DNA of 37,195 nt from positions 1 through 37,195 of the forward strand of contig JBKJYX010000012.1 of NCBI GenBank assembly GCA_046715575.1, read 5' to 3'. Under the pieces are notes generated by a model. The model had not been told where the DNA came from. It saw only the letters and a list, made by a program, of their open reading frames with translations, and did no database searches. Of this stretch, positions 1 to 8,168 are shown piece after piece. The stretch is from Sphingomicrobium sp. GTDB taxonomy: Bacteria > Pseudomonadota > Alphaproteobacteria > Sphingomonadales > Sphingomonadaceae. Every line of letters starts with the position of its first letter. The stretch's first letter is position 1. Both the position numbers and the translations under genes were made by a program.

Positions 1-30
1 TGCGTCGTAATCGTGTCCGCGATCGACACC

Positions 31-423
31 ATGGCGATGTTGTTTCCCAAGGTGGCGACGACTCGCGACATTTCGCTGCGGGTCGCGGTGAGCCATCTCG
101 GCGAGGAGTCCGACCCGTCGTCGGAACGCTGGTTCTGGTCCTACCATGTACGGATCGAGAATGGCTCGGACCGGGCGATCCAGCTGCTGTCGCGTAGCTG
201 GCACATCGTCGACGGCCGCGGCATCGTGCACGAAGTCCACGGCGAAGGCGTGGTCGGCGAAATGCCGTTGATCGCGCCGGGCGGCAGCTACGACTATGCC
301 TCGGGCTGCCCGCTCGACACGCCGACCGGCTCGATGAGCGGAAGTTATCGCATGGTCGACGAGGAGGGCACCGCGTTCGACGTCGCCATCCCGCGATTCA
401 CCCTGCTCAGTGCGGTCAATTAG
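31..423 (+). CDS. apaG: ApaG (DUF525) protein
   Basis: Motifs 'WSYHVRIEN', '[11 protein letters not shown]' and '[14 protein letters not shown]' are typical of ApaG. Start is ATG at 31 or 37, or GTG at 13. Confidence 0.92.
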   Translation: MAMLFPKVATTRDISLRVAVSHLGEESDPSSERWFWSYHVRIENGSDRAIQLLSRSWHIVDGRGIVHEVHGEGVVGEMPLIAPGGSYDYASGCPLDTPTGSMSGSYRMVDEEGTAFDVAIPRFTLLSAVN

Positions 424-905
424 AGCAGCTTGTCGTCTTTCGGGCTCTCGGCGGGCGGCTGCTCACCGACCTTCTCGGCAATATCCGCGAAATCGCCTGG
501 CTCGCTGAAGTCTTTGTAAACACTCGCGAACCTTATGTAAGCGACATGGTCGATTGCGTTGAGACCGTCCATCACCGCCTGTCCGATCATGTCGGCCGTG
601 ACTTCATCACCGCGCGTTTCCAACTGCCTCTGAATGCCGGAAATCAGTCGCTCGATCTTGGCGGAATCCACGTCGCGCTTGCGACAGGCGTGGCCAATGG
701 CTCGCTCGAGCTTGGCGCGGTCGAACGGTTCGCGCTTGCCGTCTTTCTTGAGCACGGTGAGGTCGCGTAGCTGGACCCGTTCGAACGTCGTGAACCGCGC
801 CCCGCAGCCCTCGCATTGCCGCCGCCGGCGGATCGCGGCGCCATCTTCCGAGGGTCGGCTATCTTTTACCTGGCTGTCTTCGTGAGCGCAGAACGGACAG
901 CGCAC
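420..905 (-). CDS. nrdR: Transcriptional repressor NrdR
   Basis: N-terminal 'MRCPFC...[17 protein letters not shown]' Zn ribbon, ATP-cone, '[10 protein letters not shown]'; follows glyA. GTG start. Confidence 0.97.
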   Translation of the reverse strand: MRCPFCAHEDSQVKDSRPSEDGAAIRRRRQCEGCGARFTTFERVQLRDLTVLKKDGKREPFDRAKLERAIGHACRKRDVDSAKIERLISGIQRQLETRGDEVTADMIGQAVMDGLNAIDHVAYIRFASVYKDFSEPGDFADIAEKVGEQPPAESPKDDKLL

Positions 906-938
906 TAGTGAACGCCTGCGTGAACGGCCACGATCGGA

Positions 939-2246
939 CTATCCCTGATAAATCGGGAAGCGCGCGCACAGCTCGCGGACGCGAATGTTGACCTCGCGCT
1001 CCACCGCGGCATTGCCTTCGAGACCGTTTTTGCCGAGGCCGTCGAGCACGTCGGCGACCATGTCGGCGATGTCTTTGAACTCAGCCTCGCCGAAGCCGCG
1101 GGTGGTGCCGGCGGGCGATCCGACGCGGATGCCGCTGGTCTGCATTGGCGGCAGCGGGTCGAACGGGACGCCGTTCTTGTTGCAGGTGATACCGGCGCGC
1201 TCGAGGCTCTCGTCGGCGTCGCGCCCGGTGAGGTTTAAGGGCCGTAAATCGACCAGCGCCAAATGCGTGTCGGTGCCGCCGGCAACCAGATCGGCGCCGC
1301 GCTCCTTCAGGCGGCCGGCGAGCATCCTGGCATTGGCGATCACGGCTTTTGCATAGGTCTTGAAACCGGGCTCGAGCGCTTCGCCGAATGCGACCGCCTT
1401 GGCGGCGATGACGTGCATCAGCGGACCGCCCTGCAGGCCCGGGAACACAGCCGAATTGACCTTCTTGGCGATCGCCTCGTTATCGGTCAGCACCATGCCG
1501 CCGCGCGGGCCGCGCAAGGTCTTGTGGGTGGTGGTGGTGACGACGTGGGCGTGGCCGAAGGGCGTCGGATGTTCGCCCGCCGCGACCAGCCCGGCGAAGT
1601 GCGCCATGTCGACGAACAAAAGCGCTCCGACCTCGTCGGCAATTGCCCGGAAGCGCGCGAAGTCGAGAATGCGCGGATAGGCCGAGCCGCCGGCGATGAT
1701 CAGCTTCGGCTTGTGCTCGCGGGTGAGGCGTTCGACCTCGTCGAAATTGACCAGATGATCGTCCGGACGGACACCGTATTGGATCGCGTTGAACCATCTG
1801 CCCGATTGGGCGGGCGGCGCGCCGTGGGTCAAATGCCCGCCCGCCGCCAGGCTCATGCCCAAAATGGTGTCGCCGGGCTTCAACAGCGCCATCATCACCG
1901 CGCCGTTGGCTTGCGCGCCTGAGTGCGGCTGGACGTTGGCGAAGCCGCAGCCGAACAATTGCTTGGCGCGCTCGATGGCCAGCGTCTCGACCGCGTCCGA
2001 CGGCCCGCAGCCCTGGTAATAGCGGCGCCCGGGATAGCCTTCGGCATATTTGTTGGTCAGCACCGACCCCTGCGCTTCGAGCACCGCGCGGCTGACGATA
2101 TTCTCCGACGCGATCAGCTCGATCTGGGTCTGTTCGCGCTCGAGCTCGGCGCGGACCGCGTCGGCGACCGCCGGATCGGCGTCGCTCAGCCGCCGGGTGA
2201 AAAAGCCTTCCGGCTGGACGTCGTTCAAATTTGCCGCGGTAGCCAT
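939..2246 (-). CDS. glyA: Serine hydroxymethyltransferase
   Basis: 'IELIASEN', '[13 protein letters not shown]', PLP lysine motif '[15 protein letters not shown]'. Confidence 0.99.
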   Translation of the reverse strand: MATAANLNDVQPEGFFTRRLSDADPAVADAVRAELEREQTQIELIASENIVSRAVLEAQGSVLTNKYAEGYPGRRYYQGCGPSDAVETLAIERAKQLFGCGFANVQPHSGAQANGAVMMALLKPGDTILGMSLAAGGHLTHGAPPAQSGRWFNAIQYGVRPDDHLVNFDEVERLTREHKPKLIIAGGSAYPRILDFARFRAIADEVGALLFVDMAHFAGLVAAGEHPTPFGHAHVVTTTTHKTLRGPRGGMVLTDNEAIAKKVNSAVFPGLQGGPLMHVIAAKAVAFGEALEPGFKTYAKAVIANARMLAGRLKERGADLVAGGTDTHLALVDLRPLNLTGRDADESLERAGITCNKNGVPFDPLPPMQTSGIRVGSPAGTTRGFGEAEFKDIADMVADVLDGLGKNGLEGNAAVEREVNIRVRELCARFPIYQG

Positions 2247-2692
2247 CAGTCGCTGTCCTGCAGGAGGGATGAGAGCTGGTCGACGCGCCGCTGGTGGCGG
2301 CCGCCGGCGAAGTCGGTGCCCAGAAACGCGGCGACGCAGGCCTTGGCCATGTCGCTGCCGATCAGCCGCCCGCCCATCGCCAGCACGTTGGCGTCGTTAT
2401 GCTCGCGGGCCAATGCGGCGGACAGCGGATCGTCGACCCGGGCGCAGCGGCAGCGCGGATCGCGATTGACGGCCATCGAAATGCCGATGCCCGAGCCGCA
2501 TACGGCGATGCCGCGCTCCACCTCACCCGAACCGACTGTGCGGGCGAGCTTGGCCCCAAGTTTCGGATAATCGACGCTCTCAGCGCTGTTGGTGCCAAGA
2601 TCGAGCACGTCGTGGCCCGCCTCACGCAGCCATCCGACAAGTTCATCCTTGAGGACGAACCCGGCATGGTCGGCGGCGAGGGCGATGCGCAT
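2246..2692 (-). CDS. rpiB: Ribose-5-phosphate isomerase B
   Basis: 'ADHAG', 'CGSGIG', 'REHNDANVL', '[10 protein letters not shown]'; stop overlaps the glyA ATG (TGATG). Confidence 0.96.
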   Translation of the reverse strand: MRIALAADHAGFVLKDELVGWLREAGHDVLDLGTNSAESVDYPKLGAKLARTVGSGEVERGIAVCGSGIGISMAVNRDPRCRCARVDDPLSAALAREHNDANVLAMGGRLIGSDMAKACVAAFLGTDFAGGRHQRRVDQLSSLLQDSD

Positions 2693-2699
2693 CGCCAGC

Positions 2700-2728
2700 C
2701 GGTTAGGCCAAGCGCAGCGGATTCGCCA
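2700..2728 (-). promoter_or_regulatory. Putative sigma70 promoter giving leaderless rpiB-glyA-nrdR mRNA
   Basis: TGGCGA-N17-TAACCG followed by 7 nt and the rpiB ATG; no SD. A GANTC site (2720-2724) overlaps the -35. Confidence 0.6.
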
Positions 2729-2741
2729 GTGCTGGAAAGCC

Positions 2742-3956
2742 TCAGGCCGCCAGTCTCAGCTCCAGTCGGTCCCAGATCTCGACCAGCGCCTTGGTCAACT
2801 CGTCCATCATCTGGACCGTGTGGCACGGGCCCGGCGTGAAGCGCAGGCGTTCGGTGCCGCGCGGGACGGTCGGGTAGTTGATCGGCTGGACGTACAAGCC
2901 GTACTCGGCGAGCAATATGTCGCTGATCCGCTTGGCCTTGACCGGGCAGCCGACCAGCAGCGGGACGATGTGGGTGACGCTCGGCATCAGCGGCAGGGCC
3001 GCGTCCTTGAACTTCGCCTTGAGCGTCGCCGCCATCTGCTGCTGTGCGTCGCGCTCGGCCGAGGAGGCTTTGAGGTGGCGCACGCTGGCCAGCGCGCCGG
3101 CGACCAGCACCGGCGATAACGAGGTGGTGAAGATGAAACCCGGCGCGTAGCTGCGGATGCAGTCGACGATGTTGCGGTCGGCCGCGATATAGCCGCCCAT
3201 GACTCCGAACGCCTTGCCCAAAGTACCCTCGATCAAGGTGACGCGATGGGCAACGCCGTCACGCTCTGAGATGCCGCCACCGTGCTCCCCATACATGCCG
3301 ACGGCGTGGACCTCGTCGAGATAGGTGAGGGCGCCGTAGCGGTCGGCGAGGTCGCAAATGCTGGCGATCGGGGCGATGTCCCCGTCCATCGAATAGACGC
3401 TTTCGAACGCGATCAGCTTGGGCGCTTCAGGATCCTCGGCGGCGAGCAATTGCTCGAGATGGTCGAGGTCGTTGTGGCGGAACACGCGCTTCTCGCAGCC
3501 GGAGTTGCGGATTCCGGCGATCATCGAGGCGTGGTTCAGTTCGTCCGAAAAGATCACGCAGCCGGGGAGCAGCTTGCCGAGCGTCGACAGGGCCGCCTCG
3601 TTGGACACATAGCCCGAGGTGAACAGCAGCGCGCCTTCCTTGCCGTGGAGCGACGCCAGCTCGGCCTCGAGGTCGACATGGTAATGGGTGTTGCCGCCGA
3701 TGTTGCGGGTGCCGCCCGATCCGGCGCCGACGTCATGGAGCGCGGTTTCCATCGCCTCGACCACCGCCGGGTGCTGGCCCATCCCTAGATAGTCGTTCGA
3801 GCACCAGACGATGATCGGCTTGGGGCCATTGTGGCCAGCGAAGCAGCGGGCGTCGGGGAACGAGCCCTTGGTCCGCAGGATATCGATGAACACGCGATAG
3901 CGGCCTTCGTCGTGAAGGCGCTCGATCGCGGACCTGAAGATGCGGTCGTAATCCAA
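2742..3956 (-). CDS. hemA: 5-aminolevulinate synthase
   Basis: '[11 protein letters not shown]', 'GSGGTRNI', 'DEVHAVG', PLP lysine 'GTLGKAFG'. TTG at 3956 gives the usual 'MDY' start (404 aa) and lies downstream of the predicted promoter. Confidence 0.96.
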   Translation of the reverse strand: MDYDRIFRSAIERLHDEGRYRVFIDILRTKGSFPDARCFAGHNGPKPIIVWCSNDYLGMGQHPAVVEAMETALHDVGAGSGGTRNIGGNTHYHVDLEAELASLHGKEGALLFTSGYVSNEAALSTLGKLLPGCVIFSDELNHASMIAGIRNSGCEKRVFRHNDLDHLEQLLAAEDPEAPKLIAFESVYSMDGDIAPIASICDLADRYGALTYLDEVHAVGMYGEHGGGISERDGVAHRVTLIEGTLGKAFGVMGGYIAADRNIVDCIRSYAPGFIFTTSLSPVLVAGALASVRHLKASSAERDAQQQMAATLKAKFKDAALPLMPSVTHIVPLLVGCPVKAKRISDILLAEYGLYVQPINYPTVPRGTERLRFTPGPCHTVQMMDELTKALVEIWDRLELRLAA

Positions 3957-3988
3957 TTGTCTTGATGCTTCCCGGGCTCTCTTGGCGC

Positions 3989-4035
3989 CCTTTAGCTCCG
4001 GAGGTCTGGCATTTCCATTGCGAACGACTCGCAAC
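3989..4035 (-). promoter_or_regulatory. Putative hemA promoter with an adjacent alphaproteobacterial Fur-like box
   Basis: -10 TAAAGG (3989-3994), -35 TGGAAA (4012-4017), 17-nt spacer; inverted repeat TTGCGA-N5-TCGCAA at 4018-4034. Confidence 0.6.
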
Positions 4036-4038
4036 AGT

Positions 4039-4830
4039 TCAGATCGCCTGGGTCATTTGGAGGCCGAATTTGGCAAGCGAGCGGAGCAGCACGGGTCCGG
4101 GCAACCCACCTTTGAACAAGGCAATGCCGGGCGATGGTTCGGCCGGCCACGGTTGCTCGCGCGTTAAATAAGCGATGCGGCGGGCAATGCCGGGCCCGCC
4201 ATCGACCAGTTTCACTCCGGGGAAGGCGGCGCGCAGTTCGTCGTCGAGCAAAGGGAAATGGGTGCACGCCAGCACGACGACGTCGATTTCCGAGCCAAGC
4301 TCGGCGTCGAACATCGGCTGCGCGGCGGCGCGGACCGCCTCGATGCCGATCTCCTTTCCGGCGAGCTTGGCTTCGGCCAATTCGACCAGCTCGGGCGAGC
4401 CGTGGCGGATGACGGTGCAATCGGCGGCGAAGCGCGCGGCGAGGTCGTCGACATAGGGCTGGCGAACCGTTGCCTGGGTCCCGAGCACGCCGATGACCCG
4501 GCTTTTCGACAACTCGGCAGCGGGCTTGATCGCCGGGACCGTGCCTACGACCGGCAAGTCGAGGGCCGCGCGAACCGCGTCGAGCGCGATGGTCGAGGCG
4601 GTGTTGCAGGCAATGACGACGAGGCGCGGGCGGAAGCGCTCGACCACGGGCGCGAGCAGAGCCGGCACACGCGCCGCGATGTCCTCCTCACTGCGTGCGC
4701 CGTAGGGAAAGCCCGCATTGTCGGCGACATAGACGATCGGCGTTTCTGGCAGCAGCGCGAGTGTCGGTTGCAGCACCGACAGCCCGCCGACGCCGGTATC
4801 GAAGAACAGCAGCGGGGCGGCGGGGTCCAT
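4039..4830 (-). CDS. murI: Glutamate racemase
   Basis: '[11 protein letters not shown]', 'FPYG', catalytic 'IACNTA' and 'LACTHF'. Start placed at ATG 4830; the upstream extension in the ORF track is the translated palindromic repeat. Confidence 0.96.
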   Translation of the reverse strand: MDPAAPLLFFDTGVGGLSVLQPTLALLPETPIVYVADNAGFPYGARSEEDIAARVPALLAPVVERFRPRLVVIACNTASTIALDAVRAALDLPVVGTVPAIKPAAELSKSRVIGVLGTQATVRQPYVDDLAARFAADCTVIRHGSPELVELAEAKLAGKEIGIEAVRAAAQPMFDAELGSEIDVVVLACTHFPLLDDELRAAFPGVKLVDGGPGIARRIAYLTREQPWPAEPSPGIALFKGGLPGPVLLRSLAKFGLQMTQAI

Positions 4831-4835
4831 GAATT

Positions 4836-4911
4836 CGTCATTGCGAGAAGCGAAGCGACGAAGCAATCCAGCTGCGCTGACCTGGATTGCCGCGCTTCGC
4901 TCGCAATGACG
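4836..4911. repeat. CGTC-tagged palindromic (REP/RPE-like) element
   Basis: Outer inverted repeat CGTCATTGCGAG (4836-4847) / CTCGCAATGACG (4900-4911); inner inverted repeat GCAATCCAG (4863-4871) / CTGGATTGC (4882-4890). Confidence 0.85.
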
Positions 4912-4958
4912 GTTTTGGCGATTGTTGCGGGGCCGCTCCATTTGCTACCACGGCGTCA

Positions 4959-5549
4959 ATGACCGCCGAACTGCTCTATGCATTGCTTCTCGGCTATCTG
5001 TTCGGGGCGATCCCGTTCGGGCTGTTGCTGACTCGGCTCGCCGGCAAGGGCGACGTCCGCGATGTCGGATCGGGCAACATCGGCGCGACCAATGTAATGC
5101 GGGCCGGGGGCAAGGGCCTCGCCGCCGCGACGCTGGTGCTCGACTGCTTGAAAGCTACCGCGGCGATCTTGCTTGCCAGCCGGTTGTGGCCAGGGAGCGA
5201 GAGCTTTGCCGCCGCCGGAGCGCTGATCGGCCATCTCTATCCTGTCTGGCTCAAGTTCAAGGGCGGCAAGGGAGTCGCGACCTTGCTCGGCATCCTGATT
5301 CCGCTGCTGCCGATCGCAGCGGTAGTTTACGCGGTGGTTTGGCTTGCCATGCTGTTGACGGTCCGAATCTCGTCAGTCGCGGGCCTCGCCGCTGCCGCGA
5401 GCGCGCCCGTCACCGCGGCAATTCTCGGCGACGAATTCACCTTCCCAATGCTGCTCGGTTTCGCATTGCTCGTCATATGGAAACACCGGACGAACATCTT
5501 CCGCCTGAGGGCGGGAACCGAACCTCGCATTGGGAAGGGCAGGGCTTGA
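4959..5549 (+). CDS. plsY: Glycerol-3-phosphate acyltransferase PlsY
   Basis: 'GYLFGAIPFG', 'GSGNIGATN', 'GHLYPVWLKFKGGKGVAT', 'KHRTNI'. ATG 4959 is 7 nt after a -10-like TACCAC (probably leaderless). Confidence 0.96.
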   Translation: MTAELLYALLLGYLFGAIPFGLLLTRLAGKGDVRDVGSGNIGATNVMRAGGKGLAAATLVLDCLKATAAILLASRLWPGSESFAAAGALIGHLYPVWLKFKGGKGVATLLGILIPLLPIAAVVYAVVWLAMLLTVRISSVAGLAAAASAPVTAAILGDEFTFPMLLGFALLVIWKHRTNIFRLRAGTEPRIGKGRA

Positions 5550-6625
5550 GCGACGATCTGATCGATCGGCTGCGGCTGGTCCGCTCGCCCGGCATCGGCC
5601 CGATTACTTTTCGGCAGCTGATCGCGCGTTTCGGCGATGCGGCAGCGGCGCTGGCGGCCGTGCCCGACCTGGCGCGGCGGGGCGGCGGGAGGGCGCCGAG
5701 CCTGTTCAGCCGCGCCGATGCGGAGCGCGAATTCGAACAAGTCGAGAAATTGGGCGCGCGATACATCATCCTCGGGCAGGGGCTCTATCCGCGGCTGCTC
5801 GCCGAGATGGACGACGCGCCGCCGCTGTTGATGGCCAAGGGCCAGCTCGGGCTGCTCGAGCGGGTGGCGGTGGCCATCGTTGGGGCCCGCAATGCGTCGG
5901 CGGCGGCGTGCCGCTTCGCCCGCGGGCTGGCGCACGGCCTTGGGCAGCAGGGGGCGGTGGTTGTCTCCGGCCTTGCCCGGGGCATCGACGCGGCCGCGCA
6001 TGACGGATCAATGGACAGCGGCACCATCGGCTGCGCTGCTGGCGGCATCGATGTCTTTTATCCGCCGGAGAATGAACCGCGACAACGCAGAATGTGGCAG
6101 GTTGGCCTGGTGGTGAGCGAGCGGCCGCCCGGCCTGGAGCCCCGGGCCAAGGATTTTCCACGACGCAACCGGATCATCGCCGGCATCGGCCTCGGCACCG
6201 TCGTTGTCGAGGCGGCGCCGCGGTCAGGTTCGCTGATCACCGCCCGCCTGGCAACCGAAGCCGGGCGCGAGGTGATGGCGGTGCCGGGCTCGCCGCTCGA
6301 TCCCAGGGCGCAGGGCTGCAACCAGCTGATCCGCGACGGCGCGACCCTGGTCCAGTCGGCGGCCGACGTGATGGAGGCGATCCGGCCGTTCGAAGGCAGG
6401 GTCGAATCCGCGCCGATGCCGTACGAAGCACCGATTGCGCCCACCGAATGCGACGAGTCCGCGACCAGCACGGTCGAGGAATTGCTCGGACCGAGCCCGG
6501 TGCCGGTCGACGAGATCATCCGCCTGTCGGGCGTTCCCAGCGGCGCGGTGCAGATGGCGTTGCTCGAGCTCGACCTCGCCGGCCGCCTCGACCGCCACGC
6601 CGGCGGCAAGGTCAGCTTGCGGTAG
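5546..6625 (+). CDS. dprA: DNA-processing protein DprA
   Basis: 'VAIVGARNAS', 'VVSGLARGID', 'FPRRNRII', 'VEAAPRSGSLITA', C-terminal winged helix. TTG start overlaps the plsY stop. Confidence 0.96.
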   Translation: MSDDLIDRLRLVRSPGIGPITFRQLIARFGDAAAALAAVPDLARRGGGRAPSLFSRADAEREFEQVEKLGARYIILGQGLYPRLLAEMDDAPPLLMAKGQLGLLERVAVAIVGARNASAAACRFARGLAHGLGQQGAVVVSGLARGIDAAAHDGSMDSGTIGCAAGGIDVFYPPENEPRQRRMWQVGLVVSERPPGLEPRAKDFPRRNRIIAGIGLGTVVVEAAPRSGSLITARLATEAGREVMAVPGSPLDPRAQGCNQLIRDGATLVQSAADVMEAIRPFEGRVESAPMPYEAPIAPTECDESATSTVEELLGPSPVPVDEIIRLSGVPSGAVQMALLELDLAGRLDRHAGGKVSLR

Positions 6626-6648
6626 CGCGCCTCCGCATTCGTACGAGG

Positions 6649-7503
6649 TTACATCCGCCCCCGCCTTGCGAGCAGGCAATGATATGGGAACAGCAGGCAT
6701 GACCAGCTGAAAGTCTTGAGGTGCCGCTCGGGAATGCGGTCGGCGATGCGCGAATGAATATGCGGTAGTTCGGTCCAATGCGCGGACGGGTCCATGTGGT
6801 GGGCGGTGTGATAGCCGAAATTGCTGCATCCCCAATTGAAGCTTGGGTTCAAGCAATTGTTCGCCCACTCGTAGGGATTCGGGCTGCGTTCGTCACATCC
6901 GTAGTGGTTGAGGTAATCGACGTAGCGGGAGATAATCGCAATCAGCGCGTACCAAAGAAGCAGGAAAGCAATCACTAGCAGCGGCATCCACCAAAACAAA
7001 CTGAGCACCACGACAACCAGCAGCATCTGTTCGGCAAATGCCCAGCGATAGTTGATCGGCTGTTGGACATTGCTCAGCACGCCTTGGCGGAACGATTCGA
7101 CAATCGGATGCCAAATCGTGGGGAGGATCGAGCGAGTCGAGTAGGATAAGGCGCGTAGGGGAGAAAAGCGCTCCGTCTCCCATTGCTGCGCCGCGCGGAA
7201 GGGCTTGTCGACCCCTTTATGGTGTCCGTAGCGGTGCTGAATCCGCCAGTTGGATGCCATCCAGCCGGTCGTGATGCCCATGCTCAAATCGAGCAGGATA
7301 TTGAGCCATGCCTTCGTTGCGAACGGCTGGTGGACGTGCAGGTGAAGGATGTAGTTCGTCTCCCCAATCAGGAGGAAGATAGTCATTGCGGCCAGGACCG
7401 GTTGCCCTCCTGGAAAGCCGTACCAGAAAGGAACGAACAATATGATGGGCGCCGCCAGCCCGCGGGCGACGTTGAGCCGGTCGGCGGAATTCGCGATGAG
7501 CAT
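6649..7503 (-). CDS. Membrane fatty-acid desaturase/hydroxylase family protein
   Basis: His boxes HLHVH, HRYGHH and HTAHH, plus 'NHYG' and 'HWTELP'; hydrophobic segments. ATG 7503 has GGGGG upstream. Visibly lower GC than the flanks. Confidence 0.85.
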   Translation of the reverse strand: MLIANSADRLNVARGLAAPIILFVPFWYGFPGGQPVLAAMTIFLLIGETNYILHLHVHQPFATKAWLNILLDLSMGITTGWMASNWRIQHRYGHHKGVDKPFRAAQQWETERFSPLRALSYSTRSILPTIWHPIVESFRQGVLSNVQQPINYRWAFAEQMLLVVVVLSLFWWMPLLVIAFLLLWYALIAIISRYVDYLNHYGCDERSPNPYEWANNCLNPSFNWGCSNFGYHTAHHMDPSAHWTELPHIHSRIADRIPERHLKTFSWSCLLFPYHCLLARRGRM

Positions 7504-7566
7504 CGATGCCCCCAATTTCATGCGATCCGGCAGCCGGATGATGTTCTGAATGCCGGTGCATTGCAA

Positions 7567-8103
7567 TCAGCTTGCGCTGAGCCAGGCTTCGCGGCCGAGT
7601 TGCAGATAGACGCTGTCGCAAGCGCCGATATGGGTGTTCCACGTCCCCGAGGCCCGCCCGGTCTCGATGAAACCGTGGTTGATAAGCAAGCGCAGCGACG
7701 AAGTGTTGCGCGGATCGACGTCGGCGTTGAGGAATTCGACCCCACGGGCCCCGAACGCATGGTCGAGAAACGCCTTCATCGCTTCGGCCGCATAGCCCCG
7801 GCCCCAATGGTCCGGGAGCAGGATGAAGCCGAATTCCGGCAGCCGCCACGCGCCCAGCTTGCCGATCACCTCGCCGTCGAGCGTGACGACAAAGTCGTCG
7901 CTGAGTTCGACGGGAGACGAGATCATCGAGTCCAGCCACCGCTCGGTCTCCTCGAGGTCTGCATGCGGACCCGTTGACCAGTATTGCATCGCCCGCTCAT
8001 CCGAGAGCACGGCGTGCATCGCGGTGAGATCCTCGGGACGCGCGCGGCGCAGGACCAGCCGCTTCGTTCGAAGCTCGGGTCCGGTCGCTTTTTTCGTCTT
8101 CAT
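7567..8103 (-). CDS. GNAT acetyltransferase, RimJ/RimL-like
   Basis: 'LRTKRLVLRR', acetyl-CoA motif 'HWGRGYAAEA', 'DPRNTSSLRLL..GF'. Confidence 0.9.
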   Translation of the reverse strand: MKTKKATGPELRTKRLVLRRARPEDLTAMHAVLSDERAMQYWSTGPHADLEETERWLDSMISSPVELSDDFVVTLDGEVIGKLGAWRLPEFGFILLPDHWGRGYAAEAMKAFLDHAFGARGVEFLNADVDPRNTSSLRLLINHGFIETGRASGTWNTHIGACDSVYLQLGREAWLSAS

Positions 8104-8168
8104 CAACCGCCCCTTGACGCCCTCGTCGATAGATCATCACCCTATACGCGTATGCGTGAGGGGTAAGA

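Noticed and set aside
4922-5545. Long N-terminal extensions of dprA (likewise mltA, engB, coaB and dut in the ORF track)
   Set aside because: They are off-frame readings of the upstream gene. Each gene has its own start overlapping the upstream stop, unlike rnpA.
7504-7569. GNAT-desaturase fusion by TGA readthrough
   Set aside because: In-frame adjacency is plausible by chance; the desaturase has its own ATG and SD-like signal and a different base composition.
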